From a bacterium (lineage in GTDB: Bacteria > Vulcanimicrobiota > Vulcanimicrobiia > Vulcanimicrobiales > SCRA01), in NCBI GenBank assembly GCA_004297985.1, contig SCRA01000032.1, positions 1,851 through 65,850 on the forward strand: a stretch of 64,000 bases of DNA, given 5' to 3'. Numbering within the stretch: the first letter of the stretch is position 1; each line of letters opens with the position of its first letter. The notes below the pieces were generated by a model. It saw only the letters and a list, made by a program, of their open reading frames with translations. It did not search any database and had not been told where the DNA came from. A program made the translations under genes and the position numbers. Shown here one piece after another: positions 27,576-36,543 of this stretch.

Positions 27576-27821
27576 CTAGTTCAGGGAGAGCGGGAAGCGG
27601 CGCGGGCGGCTGGGAGCCGAGTGGCCGAGCAAGCGGCCGACATACCGGCGTAGACGACGCTCCTGGCAACGCTGAACTTCAGCCACCGTCATCAAAAGGC
27701 GCCGATGATGGCCGCGAAGGCGCCTGGCTTCCCAGTCCGAGGCGGCCATGATCGCCACTTCAACTCGTGCCAACTCATCGTGGAGGGCCCGAAGGAGGTC
27801 GTCCGTGCGGTGCTGCTCCAT
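27576..27821 (-). CDS. Hypothetical 81-aa Arg-rich helical protein (weak call)
   Basis: Internal ATG of track ORF 27576..28037 (MEQHRTDDLLRALHDELARVE...). No clear SD and no recognisable family. It fills otherwise unexplained space between the small zinc-ribbon gene and dprA. Confidence 0.3.
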   Translation of the reverse strand: MEQHRTDDLLRALHDELARVEVAIMAASDWEARRLRGHHRRLLMTVAEVQRCQERRLRRYVGRLLGHSAPSRPRRFPLSLN

Positions 27822-27899
27822 GGTCGTTTTCGAGTATACGCCCGCCGCTTCGCCGGAGACAAGCCTTTCCAACGCCCGCCGCCGTGCAGAGGGCTTGAA

Positions 27900-28943
27900 G
27901 TGAGCGATCGATGCGATGATCTCTACGCCCTCGCTGCGCTGGCACGCCGGGGCGGGCCGTTGGCGGCGCGCCGCGCAGCGGCGCATGGCGGGCGGCCCGT
28001 CGAGGCGCTCGCGCGCCTCGGGCTCGTCGCCGAGCACGAGCTCGATGATCTGCGCGCCGAGCTCGAAACGACGAGGGTGGAGCTCTTGGATCCCGCCGGC
28101 CTTCCCGGCCTAGGCGACCTCGCCGACCCGCCGGCGGTGCTCTTTGCCTGGGGCTCACCGCCGAAAGAAGCCTGGACGGGGGTAGCCGTCGTAGGCACCC
28201 GCGCGGCGACCCCGGCCGGCATGTCGCGTGCCGAGGGGATGGCACAGGGCCTGGCGCTTGCCGGAGCCGTGGTTGTCTCCGGCCTGGCGCTGGGCATCGA
28301 CGGTTCCGCCCATCGCGGCGCCTTGGCGGCGACGGGACGGACGATCGGCATCCTGGGCGGGGGCCATGGGCGCTTCTTCCCGCCGGCCAACCGCGCGTTG
28401 GCGCGCGAGATCGTCGCCGCCGGGGGCTGCGTGCTCTCGGAGTACCCGCCTCTGCAAGCCGCCTTCCCCCACCAGTTCCTGGAGCGCAACCGTCTGGTGG
28501 CGGCCCTGGCCCGCGGCGTGGTGGTGGTGGAGTCGGGGCGGCGCGGCGGCGCCATCAACACGGCGGGGTGGGCCATGGAGATGGGGCGCGAGGCGTTTGC
28601 CGTGCCCTGGGACGTCGATCGCCCCAAAGGGGCGGGCTGCCTGCGCCTCCTGCGCGAGGGCGCGAGGGCCGTGGGGGGAGCCGACGATATCTGCCAGGAC
28701 CTGGGCCTTGCCGTGCCGCCCTCAGCGCAACGCGCGCGCCGCCGCCTGGAGGCGATCGCCGGCGTCGAAGGCGGTCTGGCGCAGCGTATCGTGGAGGCGC
28801 TGACCGGCGGCGAATGCCTTCACGACCAGCTCGCGGAGCGCTGCGGGGCACCCATCGGCCTGCTGCGCGGCGCCCTCTCGATCCTGGAGATCCACGGCGT
28901 GGTCGAGGACCGCGGCGGGGGGCGGGTAGCCTTGGCGCCATAG
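27900..28943 (+). CDS. dprA: DNA-processing protein DprA (Smf)
   Basis: Rossmann-like DprA core VAVVGTRAATPAG...VVVSGLALGIDGSAHRGAL...AVLSEYPP. GTG 27900 was chosen because the upstream part of track ORF 27705..28943 looks non-coding. Confidence 0.8.
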   Translation: MSDRCDDLYALAALARRGGPLAARRAAAHGGRPVEALARLGLVAEHELDDLRAELETTRVELLDPAGLPGLGDLADPPAVLFAWGSPPKEAWTGVAVVGTRAATPAGMSRAEGMAQGLALAGAVVVSGLALGIDGSAHRGALAATGRTIGILGGGHGRFFPPANRALAREIVAAGGCVLSEYPPLQAAFPHQFLERNRLVAALARGVVVVESGRRGGAINTAGWAMEMGREAFAVPWDVDRPKGAGCLRLLREGARAVGGADDICQDLGLAVPPSAQRARRRLEAIAGVEGGLAQRIVEALTGGECLHDQLAERCGAPIGLLRGALSILEIHGVVEDRGGGRVALAP

Positions 28944-28957
28944 CCAACGTTGGAGGA

Positions 28958-29419
28958 ATGCGCATCCTCGTGCTCGCCGTCGGCCGGATCAAAGAGCGCT
29001 ACGTCGCCGCCGCCGTCGAGGACTTCGCCCGCCGCCTGCGCCCCTATCTTCCGTTGGAGCTCGCCGAGGTGCAGGCCGCCCACGGCGGCGACCCCACAGC
29101 GGCCATGCGCGAGGAGGGGGAGCGCATCCTCACGCGCCTAGCTCCGGACGACGTGATCTGGCTCCTGGAGCGCGATGGCGAGGAGTGGTCGAGCCGGGAG
29201 CTTGCGCAACGCGTCGAGGGGGTCATGCACGGCGGCGCGGGCCGGTTGGTGGTGGTCGTGGCGGGAACGTACGGAGCCGATGCCGCGCTGCGGGCACGCG
29301 CCACGCGCCTGTGGAGCCTTTCGCGCCTCACGCTCCTGCACGAATGGGCGCGGGCACTCGCGCTGGAGCAGATGTACCGTGCGATGAAGATCCTGCGCAA
29401 CGAGCCCTACCACCATTGA
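28958..29419 (+). CDS. rlmH: 23S rRNA (pseudouridine1915-N3)-methyltransferase RlmH
   Basis: MRILVLAVGRIKERY N-terminus and C-terminal LSLSRLTLLHEWARALALEQMYRA (SPOUT knot). Confidence 0.9.
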   Translation: MRILVLAVGRIKERYVAAAVEDFARRLRPYLPLELAEVQAAHGGDPTAAMREEGERILTRLAPDDVIWLLERDGEEWSSRELAQRVEGVMHGGAGRLVVVVAGTYGADAALRARATRLWSLSRLTLLHEWARALALEQMYRAMKILRNEPYHH

Positions 29420-29499
29420 CACGCGAGGCAGGGCGCAGCGTCGGAGCCTCGGAAAGGGGTGCGTTCCGAACTACGTCAGGGACCTAGCGGGAGCACGTC

Positions 29500-31191
29500 G
29501 TGTCCATCCTTCAGAGACTCGAGCAGATCGTCGATGCGCAGTTGGGGGATGCGGTCCGCCGCGCCCAGCCGGGTCTCAACGGCGGCGTATCGCTCCCGGC
29601 GGCGAGCTTCGCGCCGGCACGCGATGCCCGTTTCGGCGACTACTCCACGCCCGTGGCCATGCAGGCGGCGAAGGCGGCGCGCACCAACCCGCGCGCCGTC
29701 GGCGAGGCGCTGCGCGCCGCGCTCGAAGAGGCCGTGGCCGCCGACGCCGAGCTGGCGAGCGCCGTGGCCGCGATCTCGCTGGCCGGGGCAGGCTTCCTCA
29801 ACGTCACCATGGCCCCGGCGTACTGGCAGTCGATCGTCGCGCGGGTACTGCGCGAAGGCGCAGACTACGCCCGTTGGGCGAAGACGGGTCGTAAGATCAG
29901 CCTCGAGTTCGGCAGCGCCAATCCCACCGGCCCCGTGGTGGTGGTGCAGGGCCGCTCCACCGCCGCCGGCTCGACGTTAGCCAACGTGCTGCGTTTCTGC
30001 GGCGACGACGTCACCGTCGAGTGGGTGCAGAACGACGCGGGGACGCAGTCGGAGACACTCGGGCGCTCGCTCTACGCGCGATACCGCCAGCTCTGGGAGC
30101 CCAGCCATCCCTTCCCCGAGGACGGCTATCCCGGCGACTACCTCCTGCCGGTGGCCCAGGCGTTGCGCGCGAGCGACGGCGACCGCTGGGTGAGCTCCGA
30201 CGAGGCGGCGTGGCTGGAACCGCTCTCGCTCTTCGCGCGCGACCATATCGTGGCCGAGCAGAAGCGGGACATGCACGACTTCGGCGTCGACTTCGACGTC
30301 TGGCAGTCGGAGCGAGAACTGCACCGGCAGGGGCGCGTCCAGCAGGCTCTGGAGGTCCTGAAGGCCGCTGGCCATTGTTACGAGCGCGACGGCGCGCTCT
30401 GGTTCCGCGCCACCGACTTCGGCGACGACAAGGACCGCGTGCTCGTCCGCAGCGACGGGCGTCCCACGTACTACGCGGGCGACACTGCGTACCACTGGGA
30501 GAAGCTGCGCCGCGGCAACGAGCGGCTGATAGACATCTGGGGCCCCGACCATCACGGCTACATCCAGCGTATGAAGGCCGTCGTCGAAGCGCTCGGCCAC
30601 AAGGGCGCATTGGAAGTGCTCATCGCGCAACAGGTCACGCTCAAGCGCGGCGACGAGATCGTCTCATCCTCGAAGCGCCAGGGACAGATCCTCACGCTGC
30701 GTGAGATCTTCGAAGAGGTGGGCGTCGATGCGGCGCGTTTCTTCTTCCTGTCGCGCGCGCTCGACTCACATCTCACCTTCGACCTCGACCTCGCCAAACA
30801 GCAGACGCAGGACAACCCCGTCTATTACGTGCAGTACGGCCACGCCCGTATCGCCAGCGTGCTGCGTAAGGCACCGGCGGAGCTTCTGTCGCGTGCTCAG
30901 CGTGCGGAGGATCTTGAGCTGCTGGAGCACTCCGCGGAGCTGACGCTCGTCAAACGCCTGGCCCAGCTCGGGGAGCGTACCCACGCCGCCGCTCAGGCAC
31001 GCGAGCCGCATCAGCTCACCATCTACGCACGCGAACTGGCCACGGACTTCCACCACTTCTACACGGAGTGCCTGATCTTGGGTGAGGATGCCGCGCTTTC
31101 ATCGGCTCGCCTGGCGCTCTGCCTTGCGGCCAAGCGCGTCTTGGCGACGACGCTCGGCCTCATGGGAATCTCCGCACCAGATACGATGTGA
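29500..31191 (+). CDS. argS: Arginine--tRNA ligase
   Basis: 563 aa. Class I motifs SANPTGP(V) (HIGH region) and SKRQG (KMSKS-like), plus a DALR anticodon-binding C-terminus. Confidence 0.95.
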   Translation: MSILQRLEQIVDAQLGDAVRRAQPGLNGGVSLPAASFAPARDARFGDYSTPVAMQAAKAARTNPRAVGEALRAALEEAVAADAELASAVAAISLAGAGFLNVTMAPAYWQSIVARVLREGADYARWAKTGRKISLEFGSANPTGPVVVVQGRSTAAGSTLANVLRFCGDDVTVEWVQNDAGTQSETLGRSLYARYRQLWEPSHPFPEDGYPGDYLLPVAQALRASDGDRWVSSDEAAWLEPLSLFARDHIVAEQKRDMHDFGVDFDVWQSERELHRQGRVQQALEVLKAAGHCYERDGALWFRATDFGDDKDRVLVRSDGRPTYYAGDTAYHWEKLRRGNERLIDIWGPDHHGYIQRMKAVVEALGHKGALEVLIAQQVTLKRGDEIVSSSKRQGQILTLREIFEEVGVDAARFFFLSRALDSHLTFDLDLAKQQTQDNPVYYVQYGHARIASVLRKAPAELLSRAQRAEDLELLEHSAELTLVKRLAQLGERTHAAAQAREPHQLTIYARELATDFHHFYTECLILGEDAALSSARLALCLAAKRVLATTLGLMGISAPDTM

Positions 31192-32270
31192 TGCGCTGGT
31201 GCGCCGTCTTCAGCCTCCATCTCGCGCCTGATCTCGATGCTGAGGCCGTCGCGCGGATGGTGGAGCGATCTTACCGCCCGTTCGCGCGCCTGCTGCTGCG
31301 CCGTCCCGCGCTGCGCGGCGGGCTCACCATCGAAGCCGGGGTCAGCGAACGCCTCTGGCGCGAGGGCCACGAAGACGTCATCATCGCGCTGCGCACGCTG
31401 ATCGAGCGCGGCCAAATCGAACCCGTCGACACCGCAGCCTACGGTGCCCCGCTTCCTCTGCTGCCCGAGGCGGAGATACGCCGCCAGCTCGTCCGCAACG
31501 CGGCTATCAACCGCACCTACTTCGGCCTGGCATATCGCCCGACGGGCATGGTGGCGCGCGCCTACGCCGCCACGCCGGCGCTGGCGCGCGCCGCCCAGGA
31601 CGAAAGATATCGCTATCTGATCTGCGATAGGCGAGCCCTTCCAGGGCACGACTCCGCGGCATCGCGCCGCACACCGGGCGGCCTCGCGCTCCTGGGATGC
31701 GATCGCACGCTCTCAGAGGCGATAGCGGACCGCACGGCGCCGCGCGTTGAGACGCTGCGTACCGCCTTTGCGCGGGCCGGCGACGACGCGCTCTGCATCC
31801 TGCCGGTCGGACGCCTGACCGAAGACCCCGCGCGCATGCGTCGGATGCTCTCCGCCATCGAGCGTATGCCCCTGCTCTGCCGTACGCCCCGCGAACTGCT
31901 GGCAGAGGCCGAGCTGGCGGGGAGCCACGGGGAGATCTGCGAACCCGACGGCGGCCCGTGGCTGCTCTGGCACGATCCCGAGAACCTCGTGCATCGCATG
32001 CAGTGGCGCTTCATCGCGCATGCGCGCACGCTGGTCGTACGCGACCCCGGCGGCCATCCGCGCGCCCGCGAGTGCCTCGACCGCGCGCTCTGCGCCGACT
32101 TCTTGGCCGCCGCAACGCCGCCGCTCTGGGACCGTGCGCGCATCGAGCGCGGCGCGAGCCTGCTCTTGGAGAGTGCGCTCGGCGCTCTGGGCAACGAGGA
32201 GGAACAGGCGGAGGCGCGTTTTTACGCGTTGGAGATCGGCGAACGCGCCGCTAAGATCTCGTCTCCCTGA
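31188..32270 (+). CDS. GH57-like protein, probably catalytically inactive
   Basis: N-terminal FSLHLAP and GQIEPVDTAAYGAPLPLL resemble the GH57 HxHxP and G-x-E...YYHPILPLL blocks. The position expected for the nucleophile Glu reads GMVARAYA. The start overlaps the argS stop. Confidence 0.55.
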   Translation: MMRWCAVFSLHLAPDLDAEAVARMVERSYRPFARLLLRRPALRGGLTIEAGVSERLWREGHEDVIIALRTLIERGQIEPVDTAAYGAPLPLLPEAEIRRQLVRNAAINRTYFGLAYRPTGMVARAYAATPALARAAQDERYRYLICDRRALPGHDSAASRRTPGGLALLGCDRTLSEAIADRTAPRVETLRTAFARAGDDALCILPVGRLTEDPARMRRMLSAIERMPLLCRTPRELLAEAELAGSHGEICEPDGGPWLLWHDPENLVHRMQWRFIAHARTLVVRDPGGHPRARECLDRALCADFLAAATPPLWDRARIERGASLLLESALGALGNEEEQAEARFYALEIGERAAKISSP

Positions 32271-33336
32271 CGAGCATCGGCGCGATGAAGAACATCCACA
32301 GCGTCTTGATCAGCGCGGCGAGGGGGATAGCCAACAGCAGCCCCCACAGTCCGAAGAGCTCCCCGCCGGCGAACACCGCGAAGATGATGGCGATCGGCGA
32401 GATGCCGACGTGCGCCGACATGACCTTGGGCACCAGCAGGTAGTCGCTGACGCGCGCCGTGAGGAAGACCACCAGCGCCACCCAACCCGCCATCGCTCCG
32501 CCTTGGAGCGAGCCCAACAGCGCTCCCAGCAGCAACGCCAGCAGCGGTCCGATGTAAGGGATGGCGTAGAAGACGCCGGCGATCACCGCAACCAAGACGG
32601 CATAGTTGAAGCGCAGCATCCAGAGCGCAATGAACGTCAACACGCCGGTGGCCGCGCAGAGGATGACTTGGCCGATGATGAAGCCGCCGAAGATAGCGGC
32701 GATCTCGTGCGCCAATCCCCGCGCCTCGGCGCGCCTCGACTCCGGAAAGAGGCCGTTGAAGCCGCTGAGAATCGCCGTCTCGTTGATCAACAGGTAGTAG
32801 GAAAGGATCAACGCGGTCACTCCGATGACCAGCGCATTGACGGTGTTGACGACGAACTGCCCCAGCGAGGAAACCACGCGTGAGATCAACGTGCTGACTT
32901 CGCCAAGAGCATGCCCTTGGAGATCGGAGAGCGCCGGCGGCAAAGGGAAGCGCCCGAAGTGGCTCTGGATCGAATGGTCGAGATTGGCCAAGACCCCTTG
33001 GATGACCGCGAGATACTCGGGAGAGTTGGCGAAGACGAGCTGGGTCTGGAGCACGGCCTCGGGGATCACCACCAGCAGCAACAAGACCAGGAGCATCAGC
33101 AGTGCCGCGTAGACGATGGCGATCGCCGCGCCGCGCGCCATGCGCCGAGACAGCAGCTCCACGACCGGGTGAACGCCGAACGCCACCAGCGTGGCCACCA
33201 CGAAGACCGTCGCCGTCTTGGGGATGTGCAGCAACACGGCCAGAGCCAGCGTGATCGCCGCCAGCACCAAGAGGACGATGCCGCCCTTGCGCGCCAGGCG
33301 CTGCCACGTCTGCGCCCCAGTCACAGGTTCTTGCAT
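32251..33336 (-). CDS. AI-2E family transporter (PerM/UPF0118)
   Basis: 361 aa from ATG 33336 (MQEPVTG...). Eight hydrophobic segments and the family-typical IPYIGPLLA and LLAIPLAA. Confidence 0.85.
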   Translation of the reverse strand: MQEPVTGAQTWQRLARKGGIVLLVLAAITLALAVLLHIPKTATVFVVATLVAFGVHPVVELLSRRMARGAAIAIVYAALLMLLVLLLLVVIPEAVLQTQLVFANSPEYLAVIQGVLANLDHSIQSHFGRFPLPPALSDLQGHALGEVSTLISRVVSSLGQFVVNTVNALVIGVTALILSYYLLINETAILSGFNGLFPESRRAEARGLAHEIAAIFGGFIIGQVILCAATGVLTFIALWMLRFNYAVLVAVIAGVFYAIPYIGPLLALLLGALLGSLQGGAMAGWVALVVFLTARVSDYLLVPKVMSAHVGISPIAIIFAVFAGGELFGLWGLLLAIPLAALIKTLWMFFIAPMLVRETRS

Positions 33337-33776
33337 CGCACCGTCCGCTCGACCACGTACTTCAGGGAGTCGTAGAGACGGATCGCCGGCTCGTTGCCCT
33401 CGGTGACGATCAAACTCATCTGCTGCATCCCGCATCGCCGCGCCTCCGCCTCGGCAGCCGTCAGGAGCGCGCGCGCAACGCCGCGACGCCGCTCCTCGGA
33501 TACGACCGCCATGTAGGCGACGTACCCCTCCGGGAGTCCCGTCACCTCGTTGGGAAAATTGATGAGCAGGAGTAGGAATCCGATCGGCTGCCCTTCGCGA
33601 TCGGCGATCAGCAGACGGTGTTCGCGCACGCGGCAGAAGGCGAAGAGACGCTCCACGTTCACGGCGAGAAGCGGGCCCGCGGCATCGCGCGTGGGCGGCA
33701 CTTGGTCTCCTGCGACGCGAACGGCGAGGTCGAGCGCCCACGCGTCCTCGCCGGGGAGCGCCTCCCGCACGATCAC
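33321..33776 (-). CDS. GNAT family N-acetyltransferase
   Basis: Acetyl-CoA motif ERRRGVARALL. GTG 33776 overlaps the hisC stop (GTGA). Confidence 0.8.
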   Translation of the reverse strand: MIVREALPGEDAWALDLAVRVAGDQVPPTRDAAGPLLAVNVERLFAFCRVREHRLLIADREGQPIGFLLLLINFPNEVTGLPEGYVAYMAVVSEERRRGVARALLTAAEAEARRCGMQQMSLIVTEGNEPAIRLYDSLKYVVERTVRCKNL

Positions 33777-34888
33777 GCCGGACTGACCGCCGTCCACGAC
33801 TCCAGCGCCTGCTCGAGCGTCTCGACGAAGATCTGATTCTCCGCAGGTGTGCCGACCGTCACGCGAATGTGGTTCGGCAGATGAAAGCTGGTGCCCGCGC
33901 GCACGATGACACCGCGACGCATGAGATCGAGATGGGCGCGATCGGCGGCCACCGGCAGGCGCACGCAGAGAAAGTTCGCCGCACTGCGGTAGGCCCACAG
34001 GCCCAAGCGCTCCAGGTGCCGGTAGAGATACGCCTTCCCTTGCTCATTGTTGGCGCGCGTGCGCTCCATGAAGGCGTGATCGTCGATGGCGGCGAGCGCC
34101 GCACGCGCGCTGGGCAAGGTGATGTTGAACGGCACGTGGGCGCGCATCAGCCACGAGACGATGGCCGGGTCACCCACAGCGTAGCCGAGGCGGACGGCGG
34201 CCAGACCGTAGAGCTTCGAGAGCGTGCGCAGTACCAGCATGTTCGAGCGCACGCCAAGATCGAGCGTGGCGTCGACGGCATCCTCGTCGGCGAACTCCAC
34301 GTACGCCTGATCGACAACCAGGAGCACCTCGGGCCGCAGCTCGCTCAGAAAGCGCCGGTAGACTTCGCGGCTCACGCGCGTGCCGGTGGGGTTGTTGGGG
34401 TCGCAGAGCATGACGATCTTGGTGCGCGGCGTAACGGCGGCGAGCATCGCGGAGAGGTCGTGGACGCCGTCACGCAGCGGAACTTCGACGGTGCTTGCGC
34501 CGAGCATGCGCGCATCATGATGATAGAGCGAAAAGGTCTCCTTCGCGCAGACCAGCTCGTCGCCGGGTTCCATGACCAGCGTGAAGAGATAACGCAGCAG
34601 CTCGTTACTGCCGTGGCCGAGCGCCACGGACTCGGCCCCCACGCCGCAGCGCTCGCCCAGGCGGCGGCGCAGCTCGGCGTTGACGTCGTCGGGGTAGACG
34701 TTGAGCGCTTCGATCGACCGCAGCGCCTCGATGGCCCGCGGCGACGTGCCCAAAGGGTTCTCGTTGGAGGCGAGCTTGATGATCCGCTCGAGACCGAAGC
34801 GGCGGCGTACCTCCTCCACGGGCGTGCCGGGAACATAGGGTGGGACTTCGCGCATTGCCATGCGCACGAGGTGATCGAACGGGTGCAT
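33773..34888 (-). CDS. hisC: Histidinol-phosphate aminotransferase
   Basis: Class II aminotransferase. KLASNENPLG N-terminal motif and PLP-lysine context RTLSKLYGLA. Confidence 0.9.
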   Translation of the reverse strand: MHPFDHLVRMAMREVPPYVPGTPVEEVRRRFGLERIIKLASNENPLGTSPRAIEALRSIEALNVYPDDVNAELRRRLGERCGVGAESVALGHGSNELLRYLFTLVMEPGDELVCAKETFSLYHHDARMLGASTVEVPLRDGVHDLSAMLAAVTPRTKIVMLCDPNNPTGTRVSREVYRRFLSELRPEVLLVVDQAYVEFADEDAVDATLDLGVRSNMLVLRTLSKLYGLAAVRLGYAVGDPAIVSWLMRAHVPFNITLPSARAALAAIDDHAFMERTRANNEQGKAYLYRHLERLGLWAYRSAANFLCVRLPVAADRAHLDLMRRGVIVRAGTSFHLPNHIRVTVGTPAENQIFVETLEQALESWTAVSPA

Positions 34889-34902
34889 ACGGCTCCTCTT
34901 CG

Positions 34903-35970
34903 CTACTCGGCGACGAGCGTCATGCGCCAGCGCAGCGCATCGGCCAGGAACCCCACGTCGTCGAGCGCGACGGCGCGCCGATAGGCCGCGCGTGCACCGT
35001 CGCGATCGCCCATGAGCCGCCGCGCGTCACCCAGCTCCATCCAGCCGGCGGCATCGAGCCGTTCCTCCGCCGATTCCAGGGTGGCACGCGCCTGCGCCGT
35101 CTCGCCCCGCTCTAGGAGCAGCCGCGCGCGAAACGCGGCGTCGTCGCGGAAGAGGCCGGCGCCGAGAACTCCGAAGGCCAGCCGCGTCTGCCCCGCGCGC
35201 TCCGCCCAGAGGCTCACCCACGACGCCGCGATTCGCCGGTCGTCCGCGCCGGTGAAGCTCCGTGCCTCCGCATCGAGACGCCGCGCCGCACCGCCGGGAT
35301 CGCCCTGCTGCGCGCGGTCGTAGGCGCGTTCGAGCGATCGCACGGCGAGCTGATGCGCCGTCGGCTCCGGCCAGCGCGGCAGCGTCCGGCTCACCACGTC
35401 GTGCAGACGCTCCGGCGGCCAGTCGCGCCAGACCACCAGATACTCGTTGGTACCGCCCTCCATGGTGCGCCGGAAGTCCGCGCGCGAGAGGGCGAAACCC
35501 GGGCCGTAAAGGGGGTCGACCATCCATACGTTTCGTTCGTCGATGCCAACCACGACGCGGAAGTGCGGCGCGGAGTCGACGAGGCTAGCCGTGCCCGCGA
35601 CGATCACTGGCCGCCCGAGCGCCAACTGCTGTTCGAGGAAGTCTTGCCGAGGATCGAACGCGCTGGCAAAGTAGACGTGGCGGACGTTGAAGCGTAACGC
35701 CGCGGCCTCCTCGGCCATGCGCACGGTGAACGCGGAGTCCGTCACACGGTCGTAGACGCGCGCGAAGACCGCCTCATAGGCGATCGCGGGATCGTAGAAT
35801 CGCGCCACATCGGTAAGCGCGGCGGGGCCGCAGTTCGCCGTCCACTGCGCCTCGGGCGTATTGGGGACCCCGCTGAGATAGACGCCGGCGGCGCGCGCCG
35901 GCGCGGCAATCAGGAACGCGCCGAGGAGAAGCGCGAACCCGGTTCCTGCAACGCCTCGCCGCGCGCGCAC
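34903..35970 (-). CDS. Secreted papain-like (peptidase C39-like) domain protein with TPR-like C-terminus
   Basis: Signal peptide RARRGVAGTGFALLLGAFLIAAPARA-AG, candidate nucleophile NCGPAAL, His context APHFRVVVG, and a helical-repeat C-terminal half. GTG 35970 has better SD spacing than 35979. Confidence 0.65.
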   Translation of the reverse strand: MRARRGVAGTGFALLLGAFLIAAPARAAGVYLSGVPNTPEAQWTANCGPAALTDVARFYDPAIAYEAVFARVYDRVTDSAFTVRMAEEAAALRFNVRHVYFASAFDPRQDFLEQQLALGRPVIVAGTASLVDSAPHFRVVVGIDERNVWMVDPLYGPGFALSRADFRRTMEGGTNEYLVVWRDWPPERLHDVVSRTLPRWPEPTAHQLAVRSLERAYDRAQQGDPGGAARRLDAEARSFTGADDRRIAASWVSLWAERAGQTRLAFGVLGAGLFRDDAAFRARLLLERGETAQARATLESAEERLDAAGWMELGDARRLMGDRDGARAAYRRAVALDDVGFLADALRWRMTLVAE

Positions 35971-36488
35971 AGCGGGCACTCCTCCGCGGAATAGTCCTCG
36001 ATAGGTAGATCCAACAGCACCTCGGTGGGCCGCCCGAGATCCACGGCGCTACGGCGAACGATGGCGCCGACGGCGACGACCTTGCCGTCCGCCTTCTCGA
36101 CCACGTCGATCGTCTCGCGCACCGAGAGGCCAGTCGTCATCACGTCTTCGACGACAACTACGCGTTGACCGGCGCGCAGCGCAAAGCCACGCCGCAAGGT
36201 GGGAACGCCCCGATCCTTCTCCACGAAGATGGCGAGCGTGCCGAGTTGTCGCGCGGTTTCGTACCCGAGGACGATACCGCCAACGGCTGCGCTCACGACG
36301 ATCTCCGGCTCGAAGCGGCGCAAGCGGACTGCCAGCTCTCGCGCAATCGGTTCCACGGCGGAAGGGTCTTCGAGGATACGAAACTTCTGGACGAAGCGCC
36401 CGCTGTGGCGGCCGCTGGAGAGGCGAAAGTGGCCGCTCAAGAGCGCTCCACGGCGCTCGAGCTCCTCGCGGAGATGGAGATCGGACAT
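35910..36488 (-). CDS. pyrE: Orotate phosphoribosyltransferase
   Basis: PRPP motif VVVVEDVMTTGLS and CPLC...PGSR C-terminus. ATG 36488 (MSDLHLREEL). Confidence 0.9.
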   Translation of the reverse strand: MSDLHLREELERRGALLSGHFRLSSGRHSGRFVQKFRILEDPSAVEPIARELAVRLRRFEPEIVVSAAVGGIVLGYETARQLGTLAIFVEKDRGVPTLRRGFALRAGQRVVVVEDVMTTGLSVRETIDVVEKADGKVVAVGAIVRRSAVDLGRPTEVLLDLPIEDYSAEECPLCARGEALQEPGSRFSSARS

Positions 36489-36543
36489 CCCCGCTGCGTT
36501 CGGTCCTCGAAGGGCGTCCTCCCGCCGCGGAGAATCGTTATCT

